A stretch of 62,752 nucleotides of DNA, filler included, from Dimorphilus gyrociliatus (Eukaryota > Animalia > Annelida): assembly GCA_904063045.1 (NCBI GenBank). It is 5 parts of 5 records of this genome, joined end to end, with 100 filler letters (N's around TTAATTAATTAA, not from the genome) between each part and the next. Parts side by side here need not be neighbours in the genome. Positions count along the whole stretch, not along the records: positions 22,160 to 31,193 come from CAJFCJ010000005.1; positions 31,294 to 41,348 come from CAJFCJ010000278.1; 3 more parts are not named here. The stretch is one strand, 5' to 3'. Below the pieces are notes generated by a model that had not been told where the DNA came from, searched no databases, and worked only from the letters and a program-made list of their open reading frames with translations. Position 1 is the first letter of the stretch. Each line of letters begins with the position of its first letter. Shown here in pieces: positions 22,060 through 31,702 of the stretch. Position numbers and translations under genes: made by a program.

Positions 22060-22159
22060 NNNNNNNNNNNNNNNNNNNNNNNNNNNNNNNNNNNNNNNNN
22101 NNNTTAATTAATTAANNNNNNNNNNNNNNNNNNNNNNNNNNNNNNNNNNNNNNNNNNNN
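22060..22159. other. Artificial contig spacer
   Basis: 44 N + TTAATTAATTAA + 44 N. Confidence 0.97.
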
Positions 22160-22160
22160 C

Positions 22161-23594
22161 ATTTTGTGGTTATTATAGAAGATTTATCAAGGACTTTGCA
22201 AAATTACAAAACCATTGAGAGAATTATTAAAACTACATCAGAAGACTGAAAGACTAAAATGGACTACAGAAGCAGAGAAAGCGTATCAGACACTAAAGAA
22301 ATCAATGACAGAACCACCAATATACTTCAACTACCTGATTTTAGTAAACCATTCTATCTAACAACAGATGCCTCCAATTATGCAGTTGGTGCAGTTTTAG
22401 AACAGAATGGGAAGAGATGGAAAGAAATAAGAAAGCCAATTCTTTTGCTTCCAAAACTCCTAATCAATACACAACTAAGTATGCAGCTTATCAAAAAGAA
22501 GCTTTTGCAGTCTATTGGGCAGTACAAAAATTCTCCCATTACTTGCAGTATAAGAAATTTTTTCTTTACACTGATCACAAAATTTGGTACAAACATTTGT
22601 ACAAAACAAATTAAATTCAAGTACTGTTAAATGGGTTATGGCACTTATGGATATGGACTTTGAAATAATTTACATACCTGGAAGAACCAACAGAGCAGAC
22701 TGGATATCAGAATTGGAGAAACTGATGAAGTTATTGATTTCCGAAATTTACTAAAGGAAAGACTAAATGAAGAAAAACAAAATGGCAATACAATTCCACA
22801 ATTAGCAGAAAGAAAGGATATGCTTAAATGCTTTTATATTGATACAGAAGATTTAGAAGACTTAGCTGATTGTTTGGATGACATTTTAGACAATAATGAT
22901 GGTTATGATGAAGAAGCAGATGACAAAAAATTACAGGTCATGAAATTAAAAAATAAACCTGTTGAGATAAACTTCTACACTGAACAAGTTTTGGATGACA
23001 CGCTAATGAAAATTGTAGAAAAATTGGAAGGAGCAAATATTGATGTTGAAATGTTCAAGGAATACAAAATTTTATTGAACATATGTTTGTCAAAGATGAT
23101 TTAGTATGGTATCTGAATGGTTGTCAACCATTACTGGTAATTCCACTACTAACTTTAACAAACCTACTGAACCAAATACATCAACATCAAATATTTGAAC
23201 ACTATGGTGTAGACATAACAATTCATACTTTGGAAAAGCTTTCTGGCATCCACAACTTAAGAAAACAATTAAAGACCATATAAAGAATTGCAAATTCTGT
23301 GAACAATTAAGAGCACCTGGAAACAAACATCTATTGGTTGAAACACCCCATCCAACTCTACCAATGCAAAGAATTGCAATGGACATAATGGACCACTAAC
23401 AGGACATGAATCTTACAAATACATACTTGTCATTATAGATCACATGTCAAGATTTACAAATCTATTCCATTAAAAACTCAGACAGCTGAAGAAATATCAA
23501 AACACTTGTTTTTTAACTACTTTCCAATATTTGGTATTCCAGAAGAAATTCTCACAGACCAAGGACGGAATTTTCTGGGGAAATATTTACAGAG
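22161..23594 (+). pseudogene. pol: pol segment (RT connection, RNase H, acidic linker, integrase HHCC and first core residues) with multiple frameshifts
   Basis: Motifs are recovered by switching among ORFs 22259-22630, 22417-22614, 22820-23104 and 23083-23283. Most breaks are 1-nt losses in A/T runs. Confidence 0.8.
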
Positions 23595-26500
23595 ATGGTT
23601 ACATCAATGGGAATAAGGAAAATAAAAACAACAGCATTCCATAGCCAAAGTAATGGAATGGTAGAAAGAAAGAATTTGGAAATTCGCAGAGCACTACATA
23701 AACATGTAGTTATGGAACAATTAACAGATTGGACAAGACAATTACCAATAATTCAAACATGCTTAAACCAAATTCCAGTGGGAAGCACAGGCAAAACTCC
23801 ACATGAAATATTATTTGGATTGAAGAATAGGAATGTCTTAGATTTGTTAATGGAAGTTCCAAGATTAGAACCAACAACAAAATTTCTATTTGATAGAAAG
23901 CATGAAATGGAAGAAATAAGAGCAACTGCATTGTGCAAATCTGTCATGAAAAAGAAGGCATATAGAGATAGAGTAAACAAAACTATCACAAGAAAACCCC
24001 CAACTTACCAAATTGGTGAATGGGTACACATAAAAAATGAACACATTGGTCAAGGAATGAATAGAATAAATACAAGCAAATGGAGTGGACCATACATTGT
24101 AACTGCTACTGATACTACAAAATGTCTTTATGAATTGGAAATATTAAATGGCAAAAGAAAATTCTACCATGCTAGTAGACTAAGATTGGCTAACAAACAA
24201 CCAACTAGAGTTAACACACTCAAGGTAGAGAAACAAGAAAGGAAAGTTGGAACACTTCCTATAAGAGGATCCATTGTTTACACTCTGCTAGTGCTATGCT
24301 TATTAAACTTGGTTCAGGGAAATGTATCAATAACAAAAGCAAACATAACTGTGAGAATGCTTCCTTCAGTACAATTCTGTCAAGGGCAACAAGTACATCA
24401 GTCATTTGATCTGGCTGATGAACCAATTTGCACATTCAAAACTAAACAAATGACCAAAATAATGGCAAATATTTATGAAATTAAAGCTGATAATTTGGCA
24501 ATACAAGCTGTTAAGTGTTTGGTAAAGAGAAGAATCAACTTTTACACTCATTACTTCTTTGGAGCAAAGAAACACAGAGTTGAAAAACAAACATTTACCT
24601 TAAGTGACAAACAATGCAGAAAAATGTTATTGTCAAAAAAGACCTTAAATGGACAAAAACTCATTGAAAAAGGAAACCTTCTAATGTACAATGAAAACAA
24701 AGGATCAAACTACAAATGGCCAAGAACAACAGTGGTTGAAGAATTTACAACAATTCTCCAAATTGGCAAAGCTTATTGGCACCCAAGTCAGGATAAGATA
24801 ACAACCAACTTGGAATATTTAGAGGACTGTTCTATCAAACATAAATTTTGTAGAACTCTGGATTCCATTATCATTTTCAATCCTCAGAAAGGACAAAATC
24901 TCCTTGGTCATGAATCCCCATGGAAAGCAGTATCCTACAATGTAGAGTGCATTAAGCTTGGAGGATATTTTTCATGTCCCAACTATGCAATAATGGATTT
25001 ACCTTATCAAGATAGATATATCAAAGGATATGGTGGTCCTGGAACAAGAATTTTAGTACCCCAGAAGGAATACAACTTATTAAGAACTGATCTTACAAAT
25101 TCAAATTATGCTGATAACAGAATGATGGCAGATATCAAATATAAAATCATTTCAAACAAAGAAGTTGCAAGATTGCAGAATTATGATGGAAAGATATCAA
25201 CTTTGAGAAAAGCAAATAATACAGAAATACAAAATATACTAACCTATAATGATTGGTATAGAGATGGTGACAAAACTTATCATATGCTGATCAAAAATCA
25301 TGTAACACCACTGGTTAGGACCTGGATGGTCAGAGAAATAATCTCACCTGATATATGGGATATTAACAACAAATACATACTCAAAATGTTGAAAACAACC
25401 AAAATGGAACCTGCTAGAATGGCAAAAGCAGAAGATTTTGAACTCAACAAGAAGAAAATTAGTTTCAATCCCTTACCAAGACTGGACACTTGGTACCAAA
25501 GTCCAAAAGATAAACAATTTCAAACACATCAAGCAAATGGAAAATTTACACTTTTGCAAAGAACACCAAAGAAGCATGAATGGAGGAGAAGAGTATCAGA
25601 AAGCATACAGATGCCAAAATTTCACAAAATAGACATAGCAGATGCTATTCGAACATCTGCTTTATTAAATAACATTGATAAAAATTTCCAAAATTTACAA
25701 ACAGTTTTCAAACAAGTATCACAACTTCTATGCAAAGAATTCATTATGAGAAACAAGATGGTAGCATTACTCACACCATTGGCACCTCAACTACCAACAA
25801 TACTTGGATCTAAGCATGGAATGCACAGTACATGGCTTGGTGATCTAACAACCTTAAATACTTGTACAGAATTAAAATCAGTTCAAGTAGTGTGTGATAC
25901 AACAATTATCACCAAAAATGGATTATGCTCCAAAGAATTTCTCATCAAGTATAAAGATCTCTTATTCTCAGTTGATCCAATACTCCATCATGCTTACCAC
26001 ATAACAAAAGAAGATATAAGATATGGAGATTGTGACCAAACACAACACCTGTTCAAAATTAAGAAAAACCCACTGGACATTGAACACAATCAACATGCAA
26101 TGTATTCTGGAAAGAAAACATTCATCTATTACACAAAGAAAGGATGCAGATTTCAGACTGCAGCAGCACAATCAATCAGAATGAAAATAAGCAATGAAAT
26201 TGAAGAACCAAAATTAGAGGTTGCTAGACTTACTGAGTTAATACAGCTTGGTATAAAAGAGGATGTTGGTAAGAAGCAACAACAAGTTCAACAAGTTTTA
26301 GAATACATTCAAGACACTTTAACAAGACATAAAGAGCACATAAACTTTGCTAATGATTTGGGCATTGATGCTGCTTTGTCTAAAACTGAACATATATTCT
26401 CATCATGGGCCAGGACACCTTACAAAACACTCATCAACATACTTCTTCCAATAACAATAATCATTGGAATTGGGATTCTGATTTGGTTTCTTTGGAAGAA

Positions 26501-26681
26501 AGACTGGAAAAGAGTACACTTCACCAAGCTAGCTAAGCTTTTAGCTAGAAAAGAAAAGTTACCTACAGCCCCAACAGCTGAACCAGAAGAAATACCACTA
26601 CAAACTTATCCAACATTCAAAAAGGATGGTGACACACTGATTGTTTCAAGCCCAAGACCTTTCGTGGAAGCAAGGTCTTAA
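23595..26681 (+). CDS. env: Integrase C-terminal half fused in frame to an envelope-like type I membrane glycoprotein (class III fusogen-like)
   Basis: Single 1028-codon frame: IN core E-motif and GPY (aa 1-~200), hydrophobic signal-like IVYTLLVLCLLNLVQG (aa 227-242), sequons NVS/NIT, Cys-rich ectodomain, TM TLINILLPITIIIGIGILIWFLW (aa ~945-967), ~60-aa cytoplasmic tail. Confidence 0.85.
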   Translation: MVTSMGIRKIKTTAFHSQSNGMVERKNLEIRRALHKHVVMEQLTDWTRQLPIIQTCLNQIPVGSTGKTPHEILFGLKNRNVLDLLMEVPRLEPTTKFLFDRKHEMEEIRATALCKSVMKKKAYRDRVNKTITRKPPTYQIGEWVHIKNEHIGQGMNRINTSKWSGPYIVTATDTTKCLYELEILNGKRKFYHASRLRLANKQPTRVNTLKVEKQERKVGTLPIRGSIVYTLLVLCLLNLVQGNVSITKANITVRMLPSVQFCQGQQVHQSFDLADEPICTFKTKQMTKIMANIYEIKADNLAIQAVKCLVKRRINFYTHYFFGAKKHRVEKQTFTLSDKQCRKMLLSKKTLNGQKLIEKGNLLMYNENKGSNYKWPRTTVVEEFTTILQIGKAYWHPSQDKITTNLEYLEDCSIKHKFCRTLDSIIIFNPQKGQNLLGHESPWKAVSYNVECIKLGGYFSCPNYAIMDLPYQDRYIKGYGGPGTRILVPQKEYNLLRTDLTNSNYADNRMMADIKYKIISNKEVARLQNYDGKISTLRKANNTEIQNILTYNDWYRDGDKTYHMLIKNHVTPLVRTWMVREIISPDIWDINNKYILKMLKTTKMEPARMAKAEDFELNKKKISFNPLPRLDTWYQSPKDKQFQTHQANGKFTLLQRTPKKHEWRRRVSESIQMPKFHKIDIADAIRTSALLNNIDKNFQNLQTVFKQVSQLLCKEFIMRNKMVALLTPLAPQLPTILGSKHGMHSTWLGDLTTLNTCTELKSVQVVCDTTIITKNGLCSKEFLIKYKDLLFSVDPILHHAYHITKEDIRYGDCDQTQHLFKIKKNPLDIEHNQHAMYSGKKTFIYYTKKGCRFQTAAAQSIRMKISNEIEEPKLEVARLTELIQLGIKEDVGKKQQQVQQVLEYIQDTLTRHKEHINFANDLGIDAALSKTEHIFSSWARTPYKTLINILLPITIIIGIGILIWFLWKKDWKRVHFTKLAKLLARKEKLPTAPTAEPEEIPLQTYPTFKKDGDTLIVSSPRPFVEARS

Positions 26682-26691
26682 AGGAGTGGGA
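26680..26691 (+). other. Polypurine tract
   Basis: AAAGGAGTGGGA overlapping the env stop and directly followed by TGT. Confidence 0.8.
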
Positions 26692-27635
26692 TGTTTGTAC
26701 ACATTTAGGCAGTTTGTAGGTACTAAACACATAAGCTCGTAACCAGGCTCACAAACTCACACAATACACCCAAATTGTTACATTTCATTCATCAATGGAA
26801 AGCAATATTGAAAGAGTATTATAGAGTACTTTACACACCTAAAACTACAACATACACTATTTAAACTAAGTTTAAACTTAGATGTTAACCCTAATTATTA
26901 TACACATCATATTTAATGAATATTAATTATATCTTCCACTATTCTATTTATATTTGGAGCTTTTAGATTATTGTCACTTTTCAACAGTATTGTATGCACA
27001 ATACTATATTGAATGATTAAGTTTAATACTTTTATCCTACCAGTCCTTTACACAGAAACATATTATCTTACACAAACAATTATTATTAATAATTTGTTGT
27101 ATATTAAAACGGCATCAAGTTGACCTTTTCCTATTTTTGTGTTTTGGAATCAATCCAACTTCTATTAATAATTGTTACATCTTAGGCAACTTTCTGACCT
27201 ACTAAAATAGGGAGCAAAAGTTCTCCAAGATAAAGAAAAAGTAACAAACATGGAAGTATATTTGAACTTTCCCTTTATCCAAATTGTTACATTTGTTTGT
27301 GTGAATATTTTTATCCGTGAACTGTGAACTATTGGAAAAGTATATAAACCCTACGAATTTAACAGTAGTCAGTTCAGTTTTCTAACCATCAGCTGGTTGT
27401 TCAAACTTGCTTGTTTAGAACTAGAAACTCATTTACTCAAATACATATTCTTTGAATGAAATACTGGTGTTTGTTGGTTAATTTTTACTGGAATTACATT
27501 TATTAAGACTACTTGTGGACGAACTTGAAAGGTTCTATTTGGACCAGTACTTTGGCAAATTGGTAAATGATTGGAGAGGACGAATTTGATAGTGACGAGC
27601 TAGGACTTCCTACAATTACAATACAACAAAGTACA
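26692..27635 (+). repeat. 3' LTR (~940 bp; start set by the PPT, end set by the common AAAGTACA terminus of three copies)
   Basis: TGT...ACA, TATATAAA at ~27341, and homology of the last ~300 bp with 1780-2090(-) and 4951-5025(+). The 5' LTR is not in the window, so the 5' boundary is unconfirmed. Confidence 0.7.
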
Positions 27636-27673
27636 ATGTTCATGTATATTTTTTCAATAAAGATAACATTCAA

Positions 27674-28813
27674 TTAATCTTTTGCTACAAGAATGTCTGA
27701 AATTGTTGTTGGGAGATAAGTTAGTGGAATTATAACATATTTCTCAAATAATCCAACTGTATAACGATTTTTAGGCCATATTGATAAGATTGCATTCTCA
27801 TATGCATCAATTACTTCGTGAGTATTGCTTTTCAATCTATGTATCGCTGTTAAATGGTATTCCATAACTAATTTTGAAAATCAAAACCTTCCGTAAAAAA
27901 AATATTTAAAAATTTTAAAAATATTTTCTTACATTTTTCAACATAGTTCTCTCTAGTTTTGAATGTATCCTTTGTAAATTTCGAAGCTCTATCGTAACTG
28001 TCAAAAACCCGTTTTCTAGTATCATCAGCACTTAATAGACTAGTCCTATACATTCCTGGTTCAATTACATGAACAGAAATATTCCAGCCATGAGTTTTCA
28101 ATATAAGCCTTTTTGGGTTGAAAATTTAGTTAAAACTGGTATTGGAAAAATTGAAATATTTACCCTAAACAACTTGATAGGCCTGATAGACAAAATTTCG
28201 ACATTGCATATAAAAGAATCTTATTTTGTATCCGTCCAGCAAGGGATGACATGTTAATAATTCTACCATTCGCCATATGTAACAAATGGAGAAATTTAAA
28301 TGACATTATTGCTGGAGCAACCGCATTAACGTTTAAAACTTCCCTAACTTTATGCGGTAGAATCGTCTCCGGCGAACCAAGATTGTGTCCAATAATTCCA
28401 GCATTATTCACTAAAGCGTATAGACCATTTTCACCAACTTTTTGACTAACAAATTCCCTAAGTTGTTCAATTTCATCGTCATTCGTTACATTCAGAATGA
28501 AAGTTGTCAATCTATTTGAAGAGGATAACGATAAATCTTTAGCTCCTTTTTCAGTTAGGCAAGTAGCTATAACATTCATTCCTTTATTGTCAAGACGTTT
28601 CGCCAATAGATTTCCAAATCCTGAAATTTTTTTTTTTTGTCTGTTCATTACGAAGGAAATAAACAATTTCAACTTACCAGTATCACATCCGGTTATTAAA
28701 ACGTATCTATTTTTAATATTCCTTATATAAATAGATCTTATAAAATGTTCAATACACCTTAATAGTATTATTAGTAGTAAAATACTTGTTAAAAATCCTA
28801 AAGTTGTAAGCAT
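27674..28813 (-). CDS. Short-chain dehydrogenase/reductase, retinol/3-alpha-HSD (RDH/SDR9C-like), 4 exons
   Basis: Exons 28813-28678, 28620-28164, 28108-27934, 27867-27674 with GT-AG introns of 57, 55 and 66 nt. Motifs TGCDTGFG, LVNNAG, YAMSK (YxxxK), VIEPG. Confidence 0.88.
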
Positions 28814-29414
28814 TTTGCTGTGTTAATAATTTAAAATCCCAATTTTGAATCTTCCACACAAACTCAAACCATTAATATAAAATATATATTGTATTTGTAT
28901 AAAAAAATTTCTTATCTATAAATCAGTTATTTATGTAATGAATTGCTCATAATGGGTGAGATAAGAGAGTGAGGTAGAAAAAGGGGAGGGGAGGCAGGAG
29001 GCAGAGGCAACAGTTGTTTCTAATGCGCAGACAACATATGATGCTCATTTTATAAATTATAAATCAACAAAATCAATTTATAACGTCACCTAGTGATCTA
29101 GTTTTAGTACAAATAAAACAACCCCTCCAATTGCCATAAGCAACTTGGATCAATACTAAAAAAACAAAATGGCGTCCAATATTGAATTATCTACACGTAG
29201 CGTTCGTAAAAAAATTGAAAATAATGATTTTAACGGATACTCAAAGTTATTTAAACAGTTTGAAAATTCATCAAATACAATAACGACATTTAAATTTCAA
29301 GGTTATAATTTAAATTATAAAAATTATTTATCAATTGATAAACTCTCTGAGTTTATAAAAACAATATTAAATGATCGTCAAAGAAAAAGAATAAAAAAAA
29401 AGGAGTAAATTTAC

Positions 29415-30800
29415 CACAAAACTCCTCATCGGATTTATCTGGACAATCATCAATAAAATCACAAACATGCACTAAACTGATGTCTGTGTTTGATGTGTGA
29501 CATGTGAAAGTTTGAAAGTTATTACAATTCTCTTCATCTTCATTTGAAAAACAATCAGAAATACCATCACAATGATATGCAATATTGATAAAAATACTAC
29601 CATTTTTGCATAGAAAACCATTTGCGATTGATTGATTTTTAGAAATTTGTGGAAAATACAATTTAAAATCAGGAGTAATTTCTGAAATGAGGATATTAAT
29701 TTTTTATTGTTTTTTAAATTCAAATGCTGACTTTGCATTTTTTGACATATGAACCAATTTGTAACTCTTCGAGAACAATCAAAAAGAGTAGAGTCAAGTG
29801 TGAATAAATCCTTTAGAAAAAATATTCAAAAAGAAAGAAAATAGTTTTGTTTTATTAGAAAATCTAAGTTTTTACTTGAAAATATATTTTATAACACTTT
29901 TTGTTATTAATATCCAATTCTAATTTTGTCAATTCATTCAAAGCATTATAATTATTTGACTTTTTCTGATTTGAAGGAAAAAGGTCTATTATAAAAAAAG
30001 GCCTATAAATAAAATTTTTCAAAAATCCTTACTTCAGAATATAAAAACAGGGGTAATTTTAGAGAAAAACCACTCTTTGTTGTAAATATTTTAACACCTA
30101 CAGAGTTCTTTCTTTGTTCTAATACTTAATGAATTTCAAGTAATAAACATTAACATTCAGCTTAATTTTAATATTTTTGCTATTTTTCATATTTTTTTCT
30201 ATCTTACCACTAAATCCAAGGTCAAATGAACTATAAGACACGTCTACTGTTATATTCGATATTATACTTTCAATATATTGAAAAATATTCATTTTATCAA
30301 GAGTTGGATAATCAGCTATTGTTAAATTTTTTAAAATGCAAAGCTTTTCAATTTCAAATATAGCTAATGTCCTTTTAGTTCCGAAAAGATGGTAGCAGAC
30401 ATCATTAATAATTACAGTAAATTCACCAGAACAATCTAAATGGAAAAAAACAAATTTTTTGGGAACAAAATCTTTTTTTTTAATATTCAACAAAAAAAAA
30501 ACCTATTGACAACTGATTTCTACATTCAATTGCAGAAATTTTCCATAAGTTTTCACTGAAATAATCACAATCTATCTGTCTAATATTTATGTAAAAACGA
30601 TGCCTACATTTCTTCAATGATAGTACAATTTTCCAAAGACACTGCCGCAGTTGAACAGGAAAGTGTTTCTATCAAATCTTCACGGGTTGGTGAGCGATAT
30701 AGAAAATCAATTTAATCAAGGAATGTTACTGTTCCATAATTGTATCCAAACAATAAGCATATTTTTTGAATTTCTGCGTGCATTAAAAACCTGACATGAA
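29415..30800 (-). pseudogene. Exons of an SRCR-like / C-type lectin / LDLa-repeat extracellular or receptor protein (partial, contains stops)
   Basis: Two LDLa repeats (CDGISDCFSNEDEENC; CDFIDDCPDKSDEEFC) in exon 29681-29415. CTL-like CYHLFGTKR...EKLC (30119-30440) and DCSRRVTNWFICQK. An SRCR-like stretch at ~30560-30780 has in-frame stops. Confidence 0.6.
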
Positions 30801-31193
30801 ACCATCTCTTTCTATTGAATATTTGAAATATTCCTTCAATTTTCTGGGAATTTGACAATTGGCTATCATATTCTATTTTTCCCTTTGGATTGTATAATCT
30901 ATATTCTAAAAATAGATTATTTCAGAAAAGCAAAATTTGGGCTTTTGAATTTATTTTTTATTCTTACTTGGATTCTTTACATTTCCACAACTTGGACTTA
31001 TAATTATTCTGTAAAAGAAGATGAAAGTAAACAGAGAGAGAGAGAGAGGTTTTGTTGTCCTTACCCTTCTCTATTATCTATTTTACGTCTAAAACTACAA
31101 TTCTTTAAACTGTCGTCATTTATTTTGCAATAATGAAAAGCTATCTTGTTAGACTAATGGTATGTTTTTTTAAATTTAAAAAATAAGCATTTT

Positions 31194-31293
31194 NNNNNNN
31201 NNNNNNNNNNNNNNNNNNNNNNNNNNNNNNNNNNNNNTTAATTAATTAANNNNNNNNNNNNNNNNNNNNNNNNNNNNNNNNNNNNNNNNNNNN
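31194..31293. other. Artificial contig spacer
   Basis: 44 N + TTAATTAATTAA + 44 N. Confidence 0.97.
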
Positions 31294-31702
31294 TAATAGC
31301 AAGTTGAGAAGTAGAAGCCTTGCTCCAGTGGAACTTGTTTCCAGATGATCTTCTCAGTGATTAGATCAAGATAAGATGATTGGAATAAAGAAGCGAGTGT
31401 TCACATACTTTGAGCTTTGCCTCTGATATCCTAATCATATCTGTACAGTTGCCAAACTGTCTAGTTCATTATTTATGCTTAGTAAGAGGATTTTGCAAGG
31501 TTGAATATTAAAAAAGGCTAATTGAATTATAAATTGGCCAAGACTTAACTGATAATTAAAGGTGAACTTTGTGGTTGACTAATTAAGATCTATGTTTGGC
31601 CAAATGTTATTGTTAATGTCTCCTGTGATGTGATATCAGGTTAAGCTGAAAGACACTGTGGTAGGTCTTGTAAATGGAAATGAAAACTTAAATCATATAA
31701 TA

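Larger units (their letters stand above)
22160..27635 (+). mobile_element. Ty3/gypsy LTR retroelement with env, 3' half (RT connection, RNase H, integrase, env, PPT, 3' LTR)
   Basis: Domain order RT-RH-IN with Ty3/gypsy-type motifs (YYRRFIKDFA, PDFSKPFYLTTDAS, YTDHK, HHCC, DIMGP/TDQG/NGMVER, GPY), followed by env, a purine tract and TG...CA LTR. Confidence 0.9.

Noticed and set aside
29169-29408. 79-aa plus-strand ORF with a good start context
   Set aside because: No recognisable domain, and it abuts an LDLa exon on the opposite strand. It cannot be supported as a gene without expression data.
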